Source: a virus (taxonomy: Duplodnaviria; Caudoviricetes). Taken from it: a stretch of 64,000 nucleotides of DNA. A program made the translations under genes and the position numbers. The stretch spans positions 1-64,000 of IMG/VR virus record IMGVR_UViG_3300016725_000002; one strand, given 5' to 3'. Of this stretch, positions 1 through 9,711 are shown one piece after another (positions within the stretch are counted from its first letter, which is position 1; the number at the start of each line of letters is the position of its first letter). The notes below the pieces were generated by a model, which did no database searches, was not told where the DNA came from, and worked only from the letters and a program-made list of their open reading frames with translations.

Positions 1-1014
1 TGTCTCCCGTATATTAAATTCTCCATAAACTTTGCAGTCTTTTGGTATTTCTGTAATCTGTGTTTTTTGAATTAATAAATTTCCCATAACTGTTAATCTA
101 TTTGGTAAAGTAGTCGCATTAGTTTCAGAAAGATTTAAATTATGTTTAACAAGTAATCCATCAGGTAATGTTGGTGCTAATTTATTTGGATCATACTCTA
201 AATTATCTACTATGATTTTATCAGGTAAATCTTTATTGTTTTGTAAATAAATTGTATCTAATATTTGATAAGTATTCTTAGTCTTAAATATAATAAATCC
301 ATACCTCTCTAATTCACATTCTTTTAAATTTAATGAAATATATTTAGAATTAACAAAATCTAAAAAGTAAGGTCTATATTTTTCAGCTAATTGTGTATTA
401 TTCTTTCCTTGAACTTGAGGAATTGTTTTATAAGATGTAGAATATTCAACTGTAATATGAGGTATATTCTTTGAATCTCTTAAACTGTAAATACAAGTAT
501 ACCCATCTCTAACTCTTTTCCAATAATCAGCAACGCAATGATTCATATTAGCTCCCTCATAATCGAGAGCTCTTGCACTTAATAGTTTAGCCCAATACAT
601 TCCATCATCATATTTATGTATTATTTTTATCTTACCATCTTCAGATTTATGGCGATTTGCTAAATATTCATCCCAAGCTTTTACTTGTTTAAACACTTCT
701 TCAACTGCCATATTAGAAACATTATTTGTCCGAGTATTTAAATAATCTATTATATGGTCAAGATTAGTTACATCTGATACTATTACTTTGTAAATCTTTT
801 CTTTATCAAATTTTTCAATTAGCCATTTAGGAGCTTCTTTAGGTATACTATTTAATATATTTAATTCTGCTTTATTAATTAACCAATTTGTATAGTTAGA
901 CTTTACCCATTTAACTACGTTAGCATTGGCTGCACGTTTGACTATATTTTCTAAATAATCTTCAGTACGCTTTGTAAAGTATACGTTTCTGCTTGTTATT
1001 TCAATGTATTTCAT
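1..1014 (-). CDS. PcfJ-like domain + LRR-like repeat protein (runs off the window's left edge)
   Basis: Not in the ORF track. My translation from ATG 1014 gives MKYIEITSRNVYF...YEGANMNHCVADYW...IYSLRDSKNIPHITVEY...QVQGKNN, open to position 1. Paralog of the two adjacent ORFs. Confidence 0.85.
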   Translation of the reverse strand, partial: MKYIEITSRNVYFTKRTEDYLENIVKRAANANVVKWVKSNYTNWLINKAELNILNSIPKEAPKWLIEKFDKEKIYKVIVSDVTNLDHIIDYLNTRTNNVSNMAVEEVFKQVKAWDEYLANRHKSEDGKIKIIHKYDDGMYWAKLLSARALDYEGANMNHCVADYWKRVRDGYTCIYSLRDSKNIPHITVEYSTSYKTIPQVQGKNNTQLAEKYRPYFLDFVNSKYISLNLKECELERYGFIIFKTKNTYQILDTIYLQNNKDLPDKIIVDNLEYDPNKLAPTLPDGLLVKHNLNLSETNATTLPNRLTVMGNLLIQKTQITEIPKDCKVYGEFNIRET

Positions 1015-1021
1015 ATGGCCC

Positions 1022-3154
1022 CTATAATAATTTTATTGGAATAGTTTTTGGTGCATCAATTAGATAATCACAATCTCGTGTTGTTTCAATTATATTTATT
1101 TTTGTACCTCTATGAATCCATAATCGTTTATTCCTCATTTTTGTAACTACTAAACTATTAGTAACTAAATCTCTTGGGATTTCTGTTATATACCCACCTG
1201 AAATACTAATATAGTTATCAGCTACTAAACCTTTTGGCATATCTAAACCTGTATTAGTTAATGATAAGAATTTAACATGCATATTATCTGGTAACTCACA
1301 TACAGGACAATTACTAATATCAATTGTTGCACCTTCAAACTTATTAAAGGGTTTAAGAATTTCACTAAAAATAAGTTCTAATTTATTTACTTTTAATGTA
1401 TCAGGCATATAAATTTTAGAGTTATTAATAATTAATTGATTTGCTTTAAATGTACTTGGAAACGTAACATTATTTTTATAAAGAGATAAAATACTAACAG
1501 CAAGATCATTTGGAATTTGGTTAAGATTTTTACAAAAGGATATTTCTAATTCAGAAACTTTTAATTTTTTAGGTAGTTGTTTAATTGGAGCATTTTTTAT
1601 TCTAATTCTTTTACATGATAAATTATCGGGTAAGGTAGTTAACTCACAATCATGAGCCTTTAGTTGTTTAATCTTTGCTCCATTAGGAATTTCAAGTATT
1701 TTGGTATTAGAAATATCTAAATCCTCTATTTCTAAATCACTAGGTAATTTAGTTACATTTGTTAAACCAAGATCTAATCTTTTACATTTAATTTTATTAG
1801 GTAGTTGACTTACACTAGTTGAACTTAAATCTAAATCTTTTTTATTATCAATATCTAAGTTTAATTTAGTTATCTTACTTCCACTTAAATTTAAGTTACC
1901 ATCAACTTTAAAATCTTTAGGTATTTCTTCAATTGAAGTTACTGCTAAATCACAATCACCCTTAATTACAGTATTTTTACCAACAGAGGTACATTTACTA
2001 TATTTAAGTATTGCATTACCTAAAACTGTTAAGTTATCAGGAAGTGGTTCTTCATCATAATATGCAAAAAAGTTTCCTTTAATGGTAGTATTATTAGAAA
2101 TAGTACATTCTGATTCTCGTATATCTAAATGTTGATTAAATACCATATTTGGAGGGAATTTAATTTTTGTATCTCGTATAAGAACATTACCTTTTACTTG
2201 CACAGTATTAGGAAAATCATTAACTACACAACTATCAATAGTTAGATTTCCACCAACTTTTAAATTAGCAGGAAATGATTTAAATTTGCAACCCATAAGT
2301 ATTAAATTATGTTTTATAGTTAAATCATCAGGAAAAGTTAATTCATCATAATTGAAATCTATATCTAGTGAATCAATTACGATACCAGAAGGTAAATTAT
2401 TTATATTAAATAATTTTGTTTTTCCTTTAACTTTTATAAATATGTATCCTGAATCTTGAAGATTACTAGGTAAAATCTTTAAGGAAGTATTAACAAAATT
2501 TAGAAAGAGTTTGTCATATTTTAATGGTAATTTTGTATTTCCCTTAGCTCTAACCTGTACGATAGTTTTATTTGGAACTGAATATTCAACTGTAACATGA
2601 GGTATATTCTTCTTATCTCGTAAGCTGTAAATATTTGTATTACCAGAAGATACTTTAGTCCAATAACCGCCTACACAATGGCCCATATTATCACCTTCAT
2701 ATTTCAATGAAGGTTCGTTCAATAACTGAACCCATTTATACCCAGAAGAATATTCTTTTATTATTTTTATTTCACCATCTTTATTATTCTTTTTCTGTTT
2801 TAATTCTTCATCCCAAGCATCAACCTGCTTAAACACTTCAGTTACAGACATATTAGCAACATTATGTGTTAATGTATTGAGATAATCAATTACATGACTT
2901 AAATTATTTAAATTTGGGCGAGAAACTTCAAAAATGTCTTCCTTACCGAATTTATCAACTAACCATTTAGGTGAATTTTTAGGTAACTGACGCATTTTAA
3001 ACAATCTAGCTTTGTTTGTCAGCCAGCTACGATAATTGGATTTTATCCATTTAGCCACGTTGGCATTAGCTGCTCTATCTATCATTTCCTTTAAATATTC
3101 TTCAACGTCCGGATTAAAATAGACATTTCTTGAAAGTATTTCTATATATTTCAT
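1022..3154 (-). CDS. PcfJ-like domain + LRR/beta-solenoid repeat protein
   Basis: EGDNMGHCVGGY...IYSLRD...PHVTVEY...QVRAKGN PcfJ-type motif; C-terminal ~20-aa LPxxLxV/LxLxxT repeats. Confidence 0.85.
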   Translation of the reverse strand: MKYIEILSRNVYFNPDVEEYLKEMIDRAANANVAKWIKSNYRSWLTNKARLFKMRQLPKNSPKWLVDKFGKEDIFEVSRPNLNNLSHVIDYLNTLTHNVANMSVTEVFKQVDAWDEELKQKKNNKDGEIKIIKEYSSGYKWVQLLNEPSLKYEGDNMGHCVGGYWTKVSSGNTNIYSLRDKKNIPHVTVEYSVPNKTIVQVRAKGNTKLPLKYDKLFLNFVNTSLKILPSNLQDSGYIFIKVKGKTKLFNINNLPSGIVIDSLDIDFNYDELTFPDDLTIKHNLILMGCKFKSFPANLKVGGNLTIDSCVVNDFPNTVQVKGNVLIRDTKIKFPPNMVFNQHLDIRESECTISNNTTIKGNFFAYYDEEPLPDNLTVLGNAILKYSKCTSVGKNTVIKGDCDLAVTSIEEIPKDFKVDGNLNLSGSKITKLNLDIDNKKDLDLSSTSVSQLPNKIKCKRLDLGLTNVTKLPSDLEIEDLDISNTKILEIPNGAKIKQLKAHDCELTTLPDNLSCKRIRIKNAPIKQLPKKLKVSELEISFCKNLNQIPNDLAVSILSLYKNNVTFPSTFKANQLIINNSKIYMPDTLKVNKLELIFSEILKPFNKFEGATIDISNCPVCELPDNMHVKFLSLTNTGLDMPKGLVADNYISISGGYITEIPRDLVTNSLVVTKMRNKRLWIHRGTKINIIETTRDCDYLIDAPKTIPIKLL

Positions 3155-3162
3155 GCTGCTCC

Positions 3163-5325
3163 TTATACAATTTCGATTTTTACACTACTTAAATTTGTTA
3201 TTAAACTCATATAATCTTCATTTCTTACTCGTATAAGTTTAATCTTTACATCCTTAGGTATAGTTAATGGTTTAGTTAATTTAGTTAGATATAATAAATA
3301 AGCTTCCATATCATTTGGAATTTCTGTAATTGGAACATTTATTAAAACAATATTTTTCGCTTTTAAATTACTAGGTAACTTTTTTAAAGTTACCTTTTCT
3401 AATTCTAATGTAGTTAAGGATAAATCATTTGGTAATGAATTTAGTGTACTATAACGTATAATTACTGATTTACAATCAACTAAAATGTCAGGAGCTTTAG
3501 AAATTTTACAATTACTAATTGTAACTAATTTAGCAGATAAATTATTTGGTAATTTTAAATCAGTTAAATCTTCTAAGTTAAGTGTATGAGTTTTAAATGT
3601 GGTTGGAAATTCTATAGCACCTTCATATACTTGTAAGGATTTAACTTTTAAATCTTGCGGTATATGTGTAATTTTACATGATTCTATATATAACTCAGAT
3701 ACTTCTAATTCTTTTGGCAAAGTTTTCATAGGTAAATTTTTTAGTGTAATTCCTGCACATTTAATACCATCTGGTAATTTAGATAATTTACTGTTGCTAC
3801 ATAAAAGTTCTCTAAATTTAGTTTCATTAGATATTTCAGGAATTTTTGTATTATTTATACTTAATATATTAGTAGATAATTTTGGTAAAGTTGTAATAGG
3901 TGTATCTGAGACATTTAGACGTTTGCATGTAAGGTTATCAGGAAGTTGTTTAATATTAATACTTTGAAAATCTAAATTAGCATTTTTACCAAATTTTGGT
4001 TCAATTGTTTTTATTGAACCCCTATAAATGCTTAAAGTTCCAACTTTAAATGTACTAGGTAACACATTCACTTCTAACTCAGAAAATTCGCAGACTTTAG
4101 TTATTGTAACATTTTTACCTATTCTTTTTATTCTAGTATTAAAGTCTGCACAACCATTAACTGTTAAATTATCAGGTATAGATTCAACTTTTTTATTAGT
4201 TATAATTAAATCTCCATTAATTGTAACATTCTCTGATATAATCACATTGTATAAATCAGCCGTATTATAAGTTGCATAATTTGGAGGTATAACAATATTA
4301 TTTGACGGAGAACATATTATTTTAAGTAAACCCCGTACTATTAAATCTTTTGGAATTTCAGTAATTTTACAGAATTTAATTTTTAAATTTCCGTTAACAA
4401 CTAACTTATTAGGTAATTTAGTTATATTAATATTCTCAAGAATTAAATTATGTAAAACTGTCAAATTATCTGGTAGTATTAATTCTCTATCATTATCTTC
4501 ATTATCATTATCATCGTCATCCCATTCAGAAAAATTAATTGTATCAATAGTTGAATTTTCAGGTATATTATACATACTACATATTTCAGGTTTTCCATTT
4601 CTTGTTATAAAAGTATATCCAGAGTCTTCTACGCTACTTTTGTTAAGCTTAAAATAAGTATTAGCAAAATGCAAAAACATTTTATCATATTTTAAAGTTA
4701 GCTTTGTATTTCCTTTACCCCGAACCTGCTGTATTATATTTTTCTTCGGTTCATACTCAACTGTAACATGAGGTATATTCTTAGCATCGCGCAGACTATA
4801 AATAACTGTTTTACCAGATTTAACAGCATTCCAATAACCACCAACACAATGGTTCATTTTAGAACCTTCATATTTTAATGAACGCTCGTCAAGCAATTGA
4901 ACCCATTTATATCCATCAGAATATTCATGTATTACTTTTGTTTTTCCATCCGTAGATTCTTTTTGCTTCTTTAGTTTCTTATCCCAATCTTCTACTTGTT
5001 TAAACACTTCAGTTACAGACATATTAGAAACATTATCAGTACGAGTATTTAAATAATCTATTATATGACTTAATTTATTTAAATAATGAAGCGGAATAGT
5101 AAAAATTGGTTCCTTTTTATATTTGTCTTGCAACCATTTAGGTGCATCATTAGGTAATTGACTTAAAGGAAGAAGTTCAGCCTTGTTTGTTAACCAATTA
5201 CGATAATTAGAGGTTAGCCATTTAACAACATTAGAGTTATCACATTTTAACTTCATTTCATGAAGAAATTTTTCATTATCTTTAGAGAAATATACATTTC
5301 TCGCAGTTATTTCTACATATTTCAT
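3163..5325 (-). CDS. PcfJ-like domain + LRR/beta-solenoid repeat protein
   Basis: EGSKMNHCVGGY...IYSLRD...PHVTVEY motif; LPDNLTV-type repeats; GGGAG RBS. Confidence 0.85.
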   Translation of the reverse strand: MKYVEITARNVYFSKDNEKFLHEMKLKCDNSNVVKWLTSNYRNWLTNKAELLPLSQLPNDAPKWLQDKYKKEPIFTIPLHYLNKLSHIIDYLNTRTDNVSNMSVTEVFKQVEDWDKKLKKQKESTDGKTKVIHEYSDGYKWVQLLDERSLKYEGSKMNHCVGGYWNAVKSGKTVIYSLRDAKNIPHVTVEYEPKKNIIQQVRGKGNTKLTLKYDKMFLHFANTYFKLNKSSVEDSGYTFITRNGKPEICSMYNIPENSTIDTINFSEWDDDDNDNEDNDRELILPDNLTVLHNLILENINITKLPNKLVVNGNLKIKFCKITEIPKDLIVRGLLKIICSPSNNIVIPPNYATYNTADLYNVIISENVTINGDLIITNKKVESIPDNLTVNGCADFNTRIKRIGKNVTITKVCEFSELEVNVLPSTFKVGTLSIYRGSIKTIEPKFGKNANLDFQSINIKQLPDNLTCKRLNVSDTPITTLPKLSTNILSINNTKIPEISNETKFRELLCSNSKLSKLPDGIKCAGITLKNLPMKTLPKELEVSELYIESCKITHIPQDLKVKSLQVYEGAIEFPTTFKTHTLNLEDLTDLKLPNNLSAKLVTISNCKISKAPDILVDCKSVIIRYSTLNSLPNDLSLTTLELEKVTLKKLPSNLKAKNIVLINVPITEIPNDMEAYLLYLTKLTKPLTIPKDVKIKLIRVRNEDYMSLITNLSSVKIEIV

Positions 5326-5339
5326 TTATACTCCCTTAA

Positions 5340-5648
5340 TTATAATATTGATGGGATAGTAATTTCTCTAGCAGGTATATGAGTAATAGTAACACAGCAT
5401 TGTACTGTTGAATCAACTGCAATAACAGTAAATGTTCTAATAAATACATTATAAGGAGCTTCTTTATTTGGAATATATTTACCATAAGGACTATGAAAAT
5501 TAGCTTCATTAAATGTTCCTATAGTAAAAATGGGACTCCTGACTATTTCTAATTCAGGAGTCCCACTATCAGGAAAATACGAAGATACGATTGAGCGTAT
5601 GTACGCATTCTCCTGTTCTTCAGTTAAATTATAGGAGTTCATCCGCAA
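5340..5648 (-). CDS. hypothetical protein
   Basis: Fills the gap in a minus-strand operon and overlaps the upstream stop; the start may be ATG 5642. Confidence 0.55.
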   Translation of the reverse strand: MRMNSYNLTEEQENAYIRSIVSSYFPDSGTPELEIVRSPIFTIGTFNEANFHSPYGKYIPNKEAPYNVFIRTFTVIAVDSTVQCCVTITHIPAREITIPSIL

Positions 5649-5982
5649 TCTTATTTAAGCATAATGTAATAAATTGTGTAGACTGTTTATCTGAATTAGA
5701 TAATGATATTTTAGGAGTACGAGAACCTTCACCTTCACCATTACCTGTAGGTGCAGATAAAGTAAAGATAATGTCCCCATAACCATTTAATTTAAAATCA
5801 TACAAAGGAACAAAGGGTAAAGTTTCATCATACTGCTTATCCACTTCTTCAATGGACTTGGCATGTTTCTTCAACATTTTATAAAACTTGCTGTCACCAT
5901 CAAACTTCTGTACATTTGAAACGCCATCTTCGGCTGCAACCATAGCTAGTTTGGCAACAGTTGCCGGGACAATAACTTTCAT
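5629..5982 (-). CDS. hypothetical protein with KVIVPATVAKLA leader
   Basis: AAGGAG RBS; N-terminus shared with 6002..6514. Confidence 0.75.
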   Translation of the reverse strand: MKVIVPATVAKLAMVAAEDGVSNVQKFDGDSKFYKMLKKHAKSIEEVDKQYDETLPFVPLYDFKLNGYGDIIFTLSAPTGNGEGEGSRTPKISLSNSDKQSTQFITLCLNKIADELL

Positions 5983-6001
5983 GTTTGACTCCTTTTTGAA
6001 G

Positions 6002-6514
6002 TTAATCTAACGTAATAAATAAATTAAATTTAGCAACAAATCCATTAACTCGCTTCATATTAGTTTTTGTACCGGGTTTAGGAAGCATTAATTTATTAAC
6101 AGCTTTAATAGGCTTCTGAAGTTTAGCAATATTAATCTTACTCAATTGTTTAGTTACCTCATCTGCTGATTTAGTAGTAGATAACACAACAGTTACTTCA
6201 AAGTAACAAGACTTTAAAGGAGATTTAGATGAAGCTTCTCTATTAGAAGTTTTATTTGGCATAGTAGTTGTTTTAAACTGTACTGTTATATCTTCTATTT
6301 TAACTTCTTTATTAGTCATAATAGCTTTTCTAAGATTAGTAACATTTGTTTTTACTGCATTAGATATTTCTTTAATCTTAGCTGCAACATCATTCATTTT
6401 AATCTGAGTATATGTATTCGCAAATATATCAAGATTTAAGTTAATTGCACTAGTAACTTCAACTTTTTCAGCAGCTAATTTAGCAACTGAAGCTGGAACC
6501 ATAATTTTAGCCAT
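6002..6514 (-). CDS. basic hypothetical protein with KIMVPASVAKLA leader
   Basis: AAGGAG RBS inside the upstream gene; shared leader; contains VEVTS. Confidence 0.75.
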   Translation of the reverse strand: MAKIMVPASVAKLAAEKVEVTSAINLNLDIFANTYTQIKMNDVAAKIKEISNAVKTNVTNLRKAIMTNKEVKIEDITVQFKTTTMPNKTSNREASSKSPLKSCYFEVTVVLSTTKSADEVTKQLSKINIAKLQKPIKAVNKLMLPKPGTKTNMKRVNGFVAKFNLFITLD

Positions 6515-6932
6515 GTTTTGCTCCTTTGTGTGGGGTAGAAGTTTTAGGATGTGATATTTTATGTGAAGTAGGTGACTTCATTTTCATACCGTGACCCGCT
6601 CGCTTTTCAGGTTTATCATTATCCTCTTCATTATTTTGATGAATTTTGCTAAGTTTATGTTTAATCTTTAACTTATCTTTAATACTTGTTTTCTTAGGGC
6701 CACCACCAGGTACACCAGCAGTGACAGTTCCAGTATCACCATATAATTTTCTACGAGTTTTCCATGATTTAAGAGCACGTTTAATACGTTCGCTCTTACT
6801 CATACTTTTAGCACCCTTTTTAGCCGCTTTAGATCTTGCAGAATGTCCAGATTTCTTAGCATTCTTTTTACGAAGCGCAGCTTCTTTCTTTAATTCAGCA
6901 GCAGTCTTCTTCTTTATAGGGTTCTTTTGCAT
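6507..6932 (-). CDS. Lys-rich histone H1-like/DNA-condensing protein (AT-rich paralog)
   Basis: Very basic; shares SKAAKKGAKSMSKSERxKRAxKxWKTRxKLYG with 7568..7975; AGGAGG RBS. Confidence 0.75.
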   Translation of the reverse strand: MQKNPIKKKTAAELKKEAALRKKNAKKSGHSARSKAAKKGAKSMSKSERIKRALKSWKTRRKLYGDTGTVTAGVPGGGPKKTSIKDKLKIKHKLSKIHQNNEEDNDKPEKRAGHGMKMKSPTSHKISHPKTSTPHKGAKHG

Positions 6933-7091
6933 AAGTTCCTCCTAGATTTTTTACTTTTCTTCCAATCTTTTTTAGCTCGTTCTTGTTTCTTTCTCATGGG
7001 TTTCCTACCTTAGTAAAGGGTTAATACTTCTCTAGCTGCATCAATAATTTTTTCATTTTATTTCTCCTTATTAAGTATATACTTAAACTGC

Positions 7092-7259
7092 TTACTTTTG
7101 CTTAACTGTATTAAGAAGAGGTCTGATTGATATATTATATTTACCTTGTTTATTCTTAAATACAGATAAATACCAATTTTTTGGTGTATATGGTAAATCT
7201 TTAAATGGAGAAATATAAGTTGTACTAGTTGTTATTCCGCCAGTATTATTAGCACTCAT
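7092..7259 (-). CDS. small hypothetical protein (55 aa, MSANNTGGITT...)
   Basis: Own translation; GGAGG RBS; ATG directly follows the upstream TAA. Confidence 0.55.
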   Translation of the reverse strand: MSANNTGGITTSTTYISPFKDLPYTPKNWYLSVFKNKQGKYNISIRPLLNTVKQK

Positions 7260-7478
7260 TTAATCCTCCAAAGTTTCAAGTATTTTAAAGGGTAATGGTG
7301 AATCTGGAAAGAAAGGGGCAACTAAATTCATATGAATAAGATAGCATAATTCAAATAATAAAGTATGAAACATATTTATTCCAATAACACGATATACATA
7401 ATCTTCTGCATCTTCAATTGAACAATAGCAAGTGGCAAAGTAAAATTTAACTTTATATTCAGCCCAATTTGGTATCAT
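7260..7478 (-). CDS. hypothetical protein
   Basis: AAGGAG RBS; lies after a terminator. Confidence 0.6.
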   Translation of the reverse strand: MIPNWAEYKVKFYFATCYCSIEDAEDYVYRVIGINMFHTLLFELCYLIHMNLVAPFFPDSPLPFKILETLED

Positions 7479-7494
7479 TATATCTCCTTAATAT

Positions 7495-7540
7495 AAAAAA
7501 GCAGGGTAGGTAAAGCATAGTTACTTTACCTACCCTGCTT
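7495..7540 (-). terminator. Rho-independent terminator after the H1-like gene
   Basis: 15-bp perfect stem GCAGGGTAGGTAAAG/CTTTACCTACCCTGC followed by T6 on the minus strand. Confidence 0.85.
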
Positions 7541-7567
7541 TACTGCTTTCGCGGCGCCCAGAGTGGA

Positions 7568-7975
7568 CTACTTCTTGGTGGTCTTTTTCTTGGCCGGGGC
7601 CTTCTTCGCAGGCTTCTTGGCGGCAGCAGGCTTCTTGGCGGCAGCAGGCTTCTTGGCGGCAGCAGGCTTCTTGGCCGCAGGTTTCTTAGCGGCAGGCTTC
7701 TTGGCAGCGGGCTTGGCGGGGTTCTTCGCTTCACCCTTGCCGCCGTCAACACGACCAGACGCGCCGTACAGCTTTTTGCGGGTCTTCCACGCCTTTTCAG
7801 CGCGCTTGGAGCGTTCGCTCTTGCTCATGCTTTTCGCGCCCTTTTTGGCGGCTTTGGACTTGGTCTTGTGTTCAGGAGATTTGGCGTTCTTCGCCTTGGT
7901 CTTCTTTTCCTTAGCCACATCGGCCTTCGTTTTCTTGACGGCCTTCTTCTTGGGAGCAGCTTTCTTTTCAGCCAT
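7568..7975 (-). CDS. histone H1-like (AAKKP-repeat, Hc1/AlgP-like composition) DNA-binding protein
   Basis: K/A/P-rich; KKPAA(A) repeats; GAGG RBS; GC content far above the flanks. Confidence 0.85.
   Translation of the reverse strand: MAEKKAAPKKKAVKKTKADVAKEKKTKAKNAKSPEHKTKSKAAKKGAKSMSKSERSKRAEKAWKTRKKLYGASGRVDGGKGEAKNPAKPAAKKPAAKKPAAKKPAAAKKPAAAKKPAAAKKPAKKAPAKKKTTKK
7608..7674. repeat. 18-nt tandem repeat GGCTTCTTGGCGGCAGCA (3+ copies) encoding AAAKKP
   Basis: Read directly from the sequence. Confidence 0.9.
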
Positions 7976-8091
7976 GATGCTAACCTCGTTGAAGTTAAAT
8001 ATTGCGATAGATTAAAACTATCGTGAAACGGTTGTTGCCGTTTTTGTATATACTTAAACTGTATAAAAATGTAAAAAAGTGTTCATATTTT

Positions 8092-8589
8092 TTATGAATT
8101 TGAGTTAGAAAGTAATTTACTACTAAGCATAAGCAATTTATTTGCTTGATTTGGCTGCATTCCTGCTGCTCCGACCATAGAAGCGCATATTCCAGATAAT
8201 ATAAGCTTATTTGATTCTATAACATCTGTAGTTGTAGCAGCGTTTGATGCCACTGTCTGCATACGCTGTACAGCCCTTAATAAGAAAGAGTTCATATCAA
8301 CCTTAGTTGTATTACGGACGCTTTCTATAGTAGTTTTCTTTAGCTGTTTTCGTATCTTTTTAACTTGTTCTGGTGTTATTTTAAAGTTTTTATCTACTTT
8401 AACTATCTTATATAGAGAATCACTAGGTATTATATAGTATTCATCTAGTATATCTTGTACAAGTATATCTTCTTTTGTAATCTGTATAACAGTAACAACC
8501 TCATATTTATCTAATATTATATCAGGTAATATACATTTTGTATCTTTTAAAAGTTTTATACTTGTACCTATATTCATATTAATAACCAA
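8092..8589 (-). CDS. hypothetical protein
   Basis: 165-aa ORF overlapping the upstream stop. Confidence 0.65.
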   Translation of the reverse strand: MVINMNIGTSIKLLKDTKCILPDIILDKYEVVTVIQITKEDILVQDILDEYYIIPSDSLYKIVKVDKNFKITPEQVKKIRKQLKKTTIESVRNTTKVDMNSFLLRAVQRMQTVASNAATTTDVIESNKLILSGICASMVGAAGMQPNQANKLLMLSSKLLSNSNS

Positions 8590-9058
8590 AGGTGAAGATC
8601 ACACTGATACCTTTGGAATCCTCACCTAAGTTTTCTATACTAACAAATAAGTTATTAGGTACTTGGTTCATATCATGATAAAAGAATAAAGGTTCTTGAG
8701 ATACATAACTAGAAATTTCATTTCCAAATTCTTGCTGTATAATTATATTACGAGGATGTGGATTTTTATTATCGGCTTTATATACATCCTGTTCACACAA
8801 AGTTACTTTAACTTTACTACTAAATGATCTAACACGAACCGCACATAATGTACCTTGCATATCTATAGGAAGAGGAATAGAATATACACTTTCACCAGCA
8901 GCAAGATTAACAAATACTTCTAGATGTGAACGTCTATAGTCACATGAAGTTAATCCTAAATTTTTTACCTGCCAATTTTTATTTGTAGTAGCATTGGATT
9001 CAGTATAAGAAGAAGTAGGAGTTGCTGGTTGATTAAATTTATTGTCCATTGTTCCCAT
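8579..9058 (-). CDS. hypothetical beta-rich protein
   Basis: AAGGAG RBS; coupled to the o-spanin gene. Confidence 0.7.
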   Translation of the reverse strand: MGTMDNKFNQPATPTSSYTESNATTNKNWQVKNLGLTSCDYRRSHLEVFVNLAAGESVYSIPLPIDMQGTLCAVRVRSFSSKVKVTLCEQDVYKADNKNPHPRNIIIQQEFGNEISSYVSQEPLFFYHDMNQVPNNLFVSIENLGEDSKGISVIFTFGY

Positions 9059-9320
9059 TAGTTTTCTCCTTTGGTTCAGCTTGTATATCGTATTTATCCA
9101 AAGCTCTATTTAGCAAAGCATTATTATCTTTTAATCTAATAATATTTTCAGTTAATCTATCGACATTATCATTGGAACCTATATGCTGATTTGGGTCTAG
9201 TTCAAGAAGATTGGGTGGGCCGGGTCTTTGAATTTTGTGTGTGCCATACGATGGATAATACTTTACATTTGAACAACCAAATAAACTACTTAGTATTAGG
9301 AGAAGAAGCAGGTTTCGCAT
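9039..9320 (-). CDS. o-spanin (Rz1-like lipoprotein)
   Basis: Signal peptide with lipobox SLFG-C, Pro-rich segment and C-terminal helix; overlaps the 3' end of the i-spanin candidate. Confidence 0.75.
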   Translation of the reverse strand: MRNLLLLLILSSLFGCSNVKYYPSYGTHKIQRPGPPNLLELDPNQHIGSNDNVDRLTENIIRLKDNNALLNRALDKYDIQAEPKEKTNGNNGQ

Positions 9321-9711
9321 TGTTTAGCTCCTTATTTATTTCCTGAATATAACGTGTACTTGTTTCCATATCAACTACAGTTGGTTCGGAAGACACTGGG
9401 ACAGATTTAGCATTACGGTATCTGTCTACACGTTTATCACAATCACTGCGTATAGTTTCAACTTTAGTATTTAATGTTTTTACATCATTTTCATATGAAG
9501 TAATTATTCCATCCGTTTTTAATTTAAAATCATTTGTATCTACAACAACTTTTTCTAATTGAGATTTAGCATCAGCTAAACTAGCAGTTAAATCTTTAAT
9601 TTCTCCAAGACTATTATGATATAGCCAACCAACAACACCTAAAGCTACAAGTAAGCCTACTACAATATAATTTTTAAAATTAGTAAATAAAGTGGAAACA
9701 AATGAAAACAT
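9286..9711 (-). CDS. i-spanin (Rz-like)
   Basis: Single N-terminal TM (YIVVGLLVALGVVGWLY) followed by a coiled coil, directly upstream of and overlapping the lipoprotein gene. Confidence 0.75.
   Translation of the reverse strand: MFSFVSTLFTNFKNYIVVGLLVALGVVGWLYHNSLGEIKDLTASLADAKSQLEKVVVDTNDFKLKTDGIITSYENDVKTLNTKVETIRSDCDKRVDRYRNAKSVPVSSEPTVVDMETSTRYIQEINKELNNAKPASSPNTK

Noticed and set aside
7540-8015. Plus-strand hydrophobic ORF 7563..8015 (AAGFL repeats) and alternative-frame ORF 7540..7752
   Set aside because: Antisense/frameshift shadows of the AAKKP repeat gene; the RBS, promoter motif and terminator all fit 7568..7975 (-).
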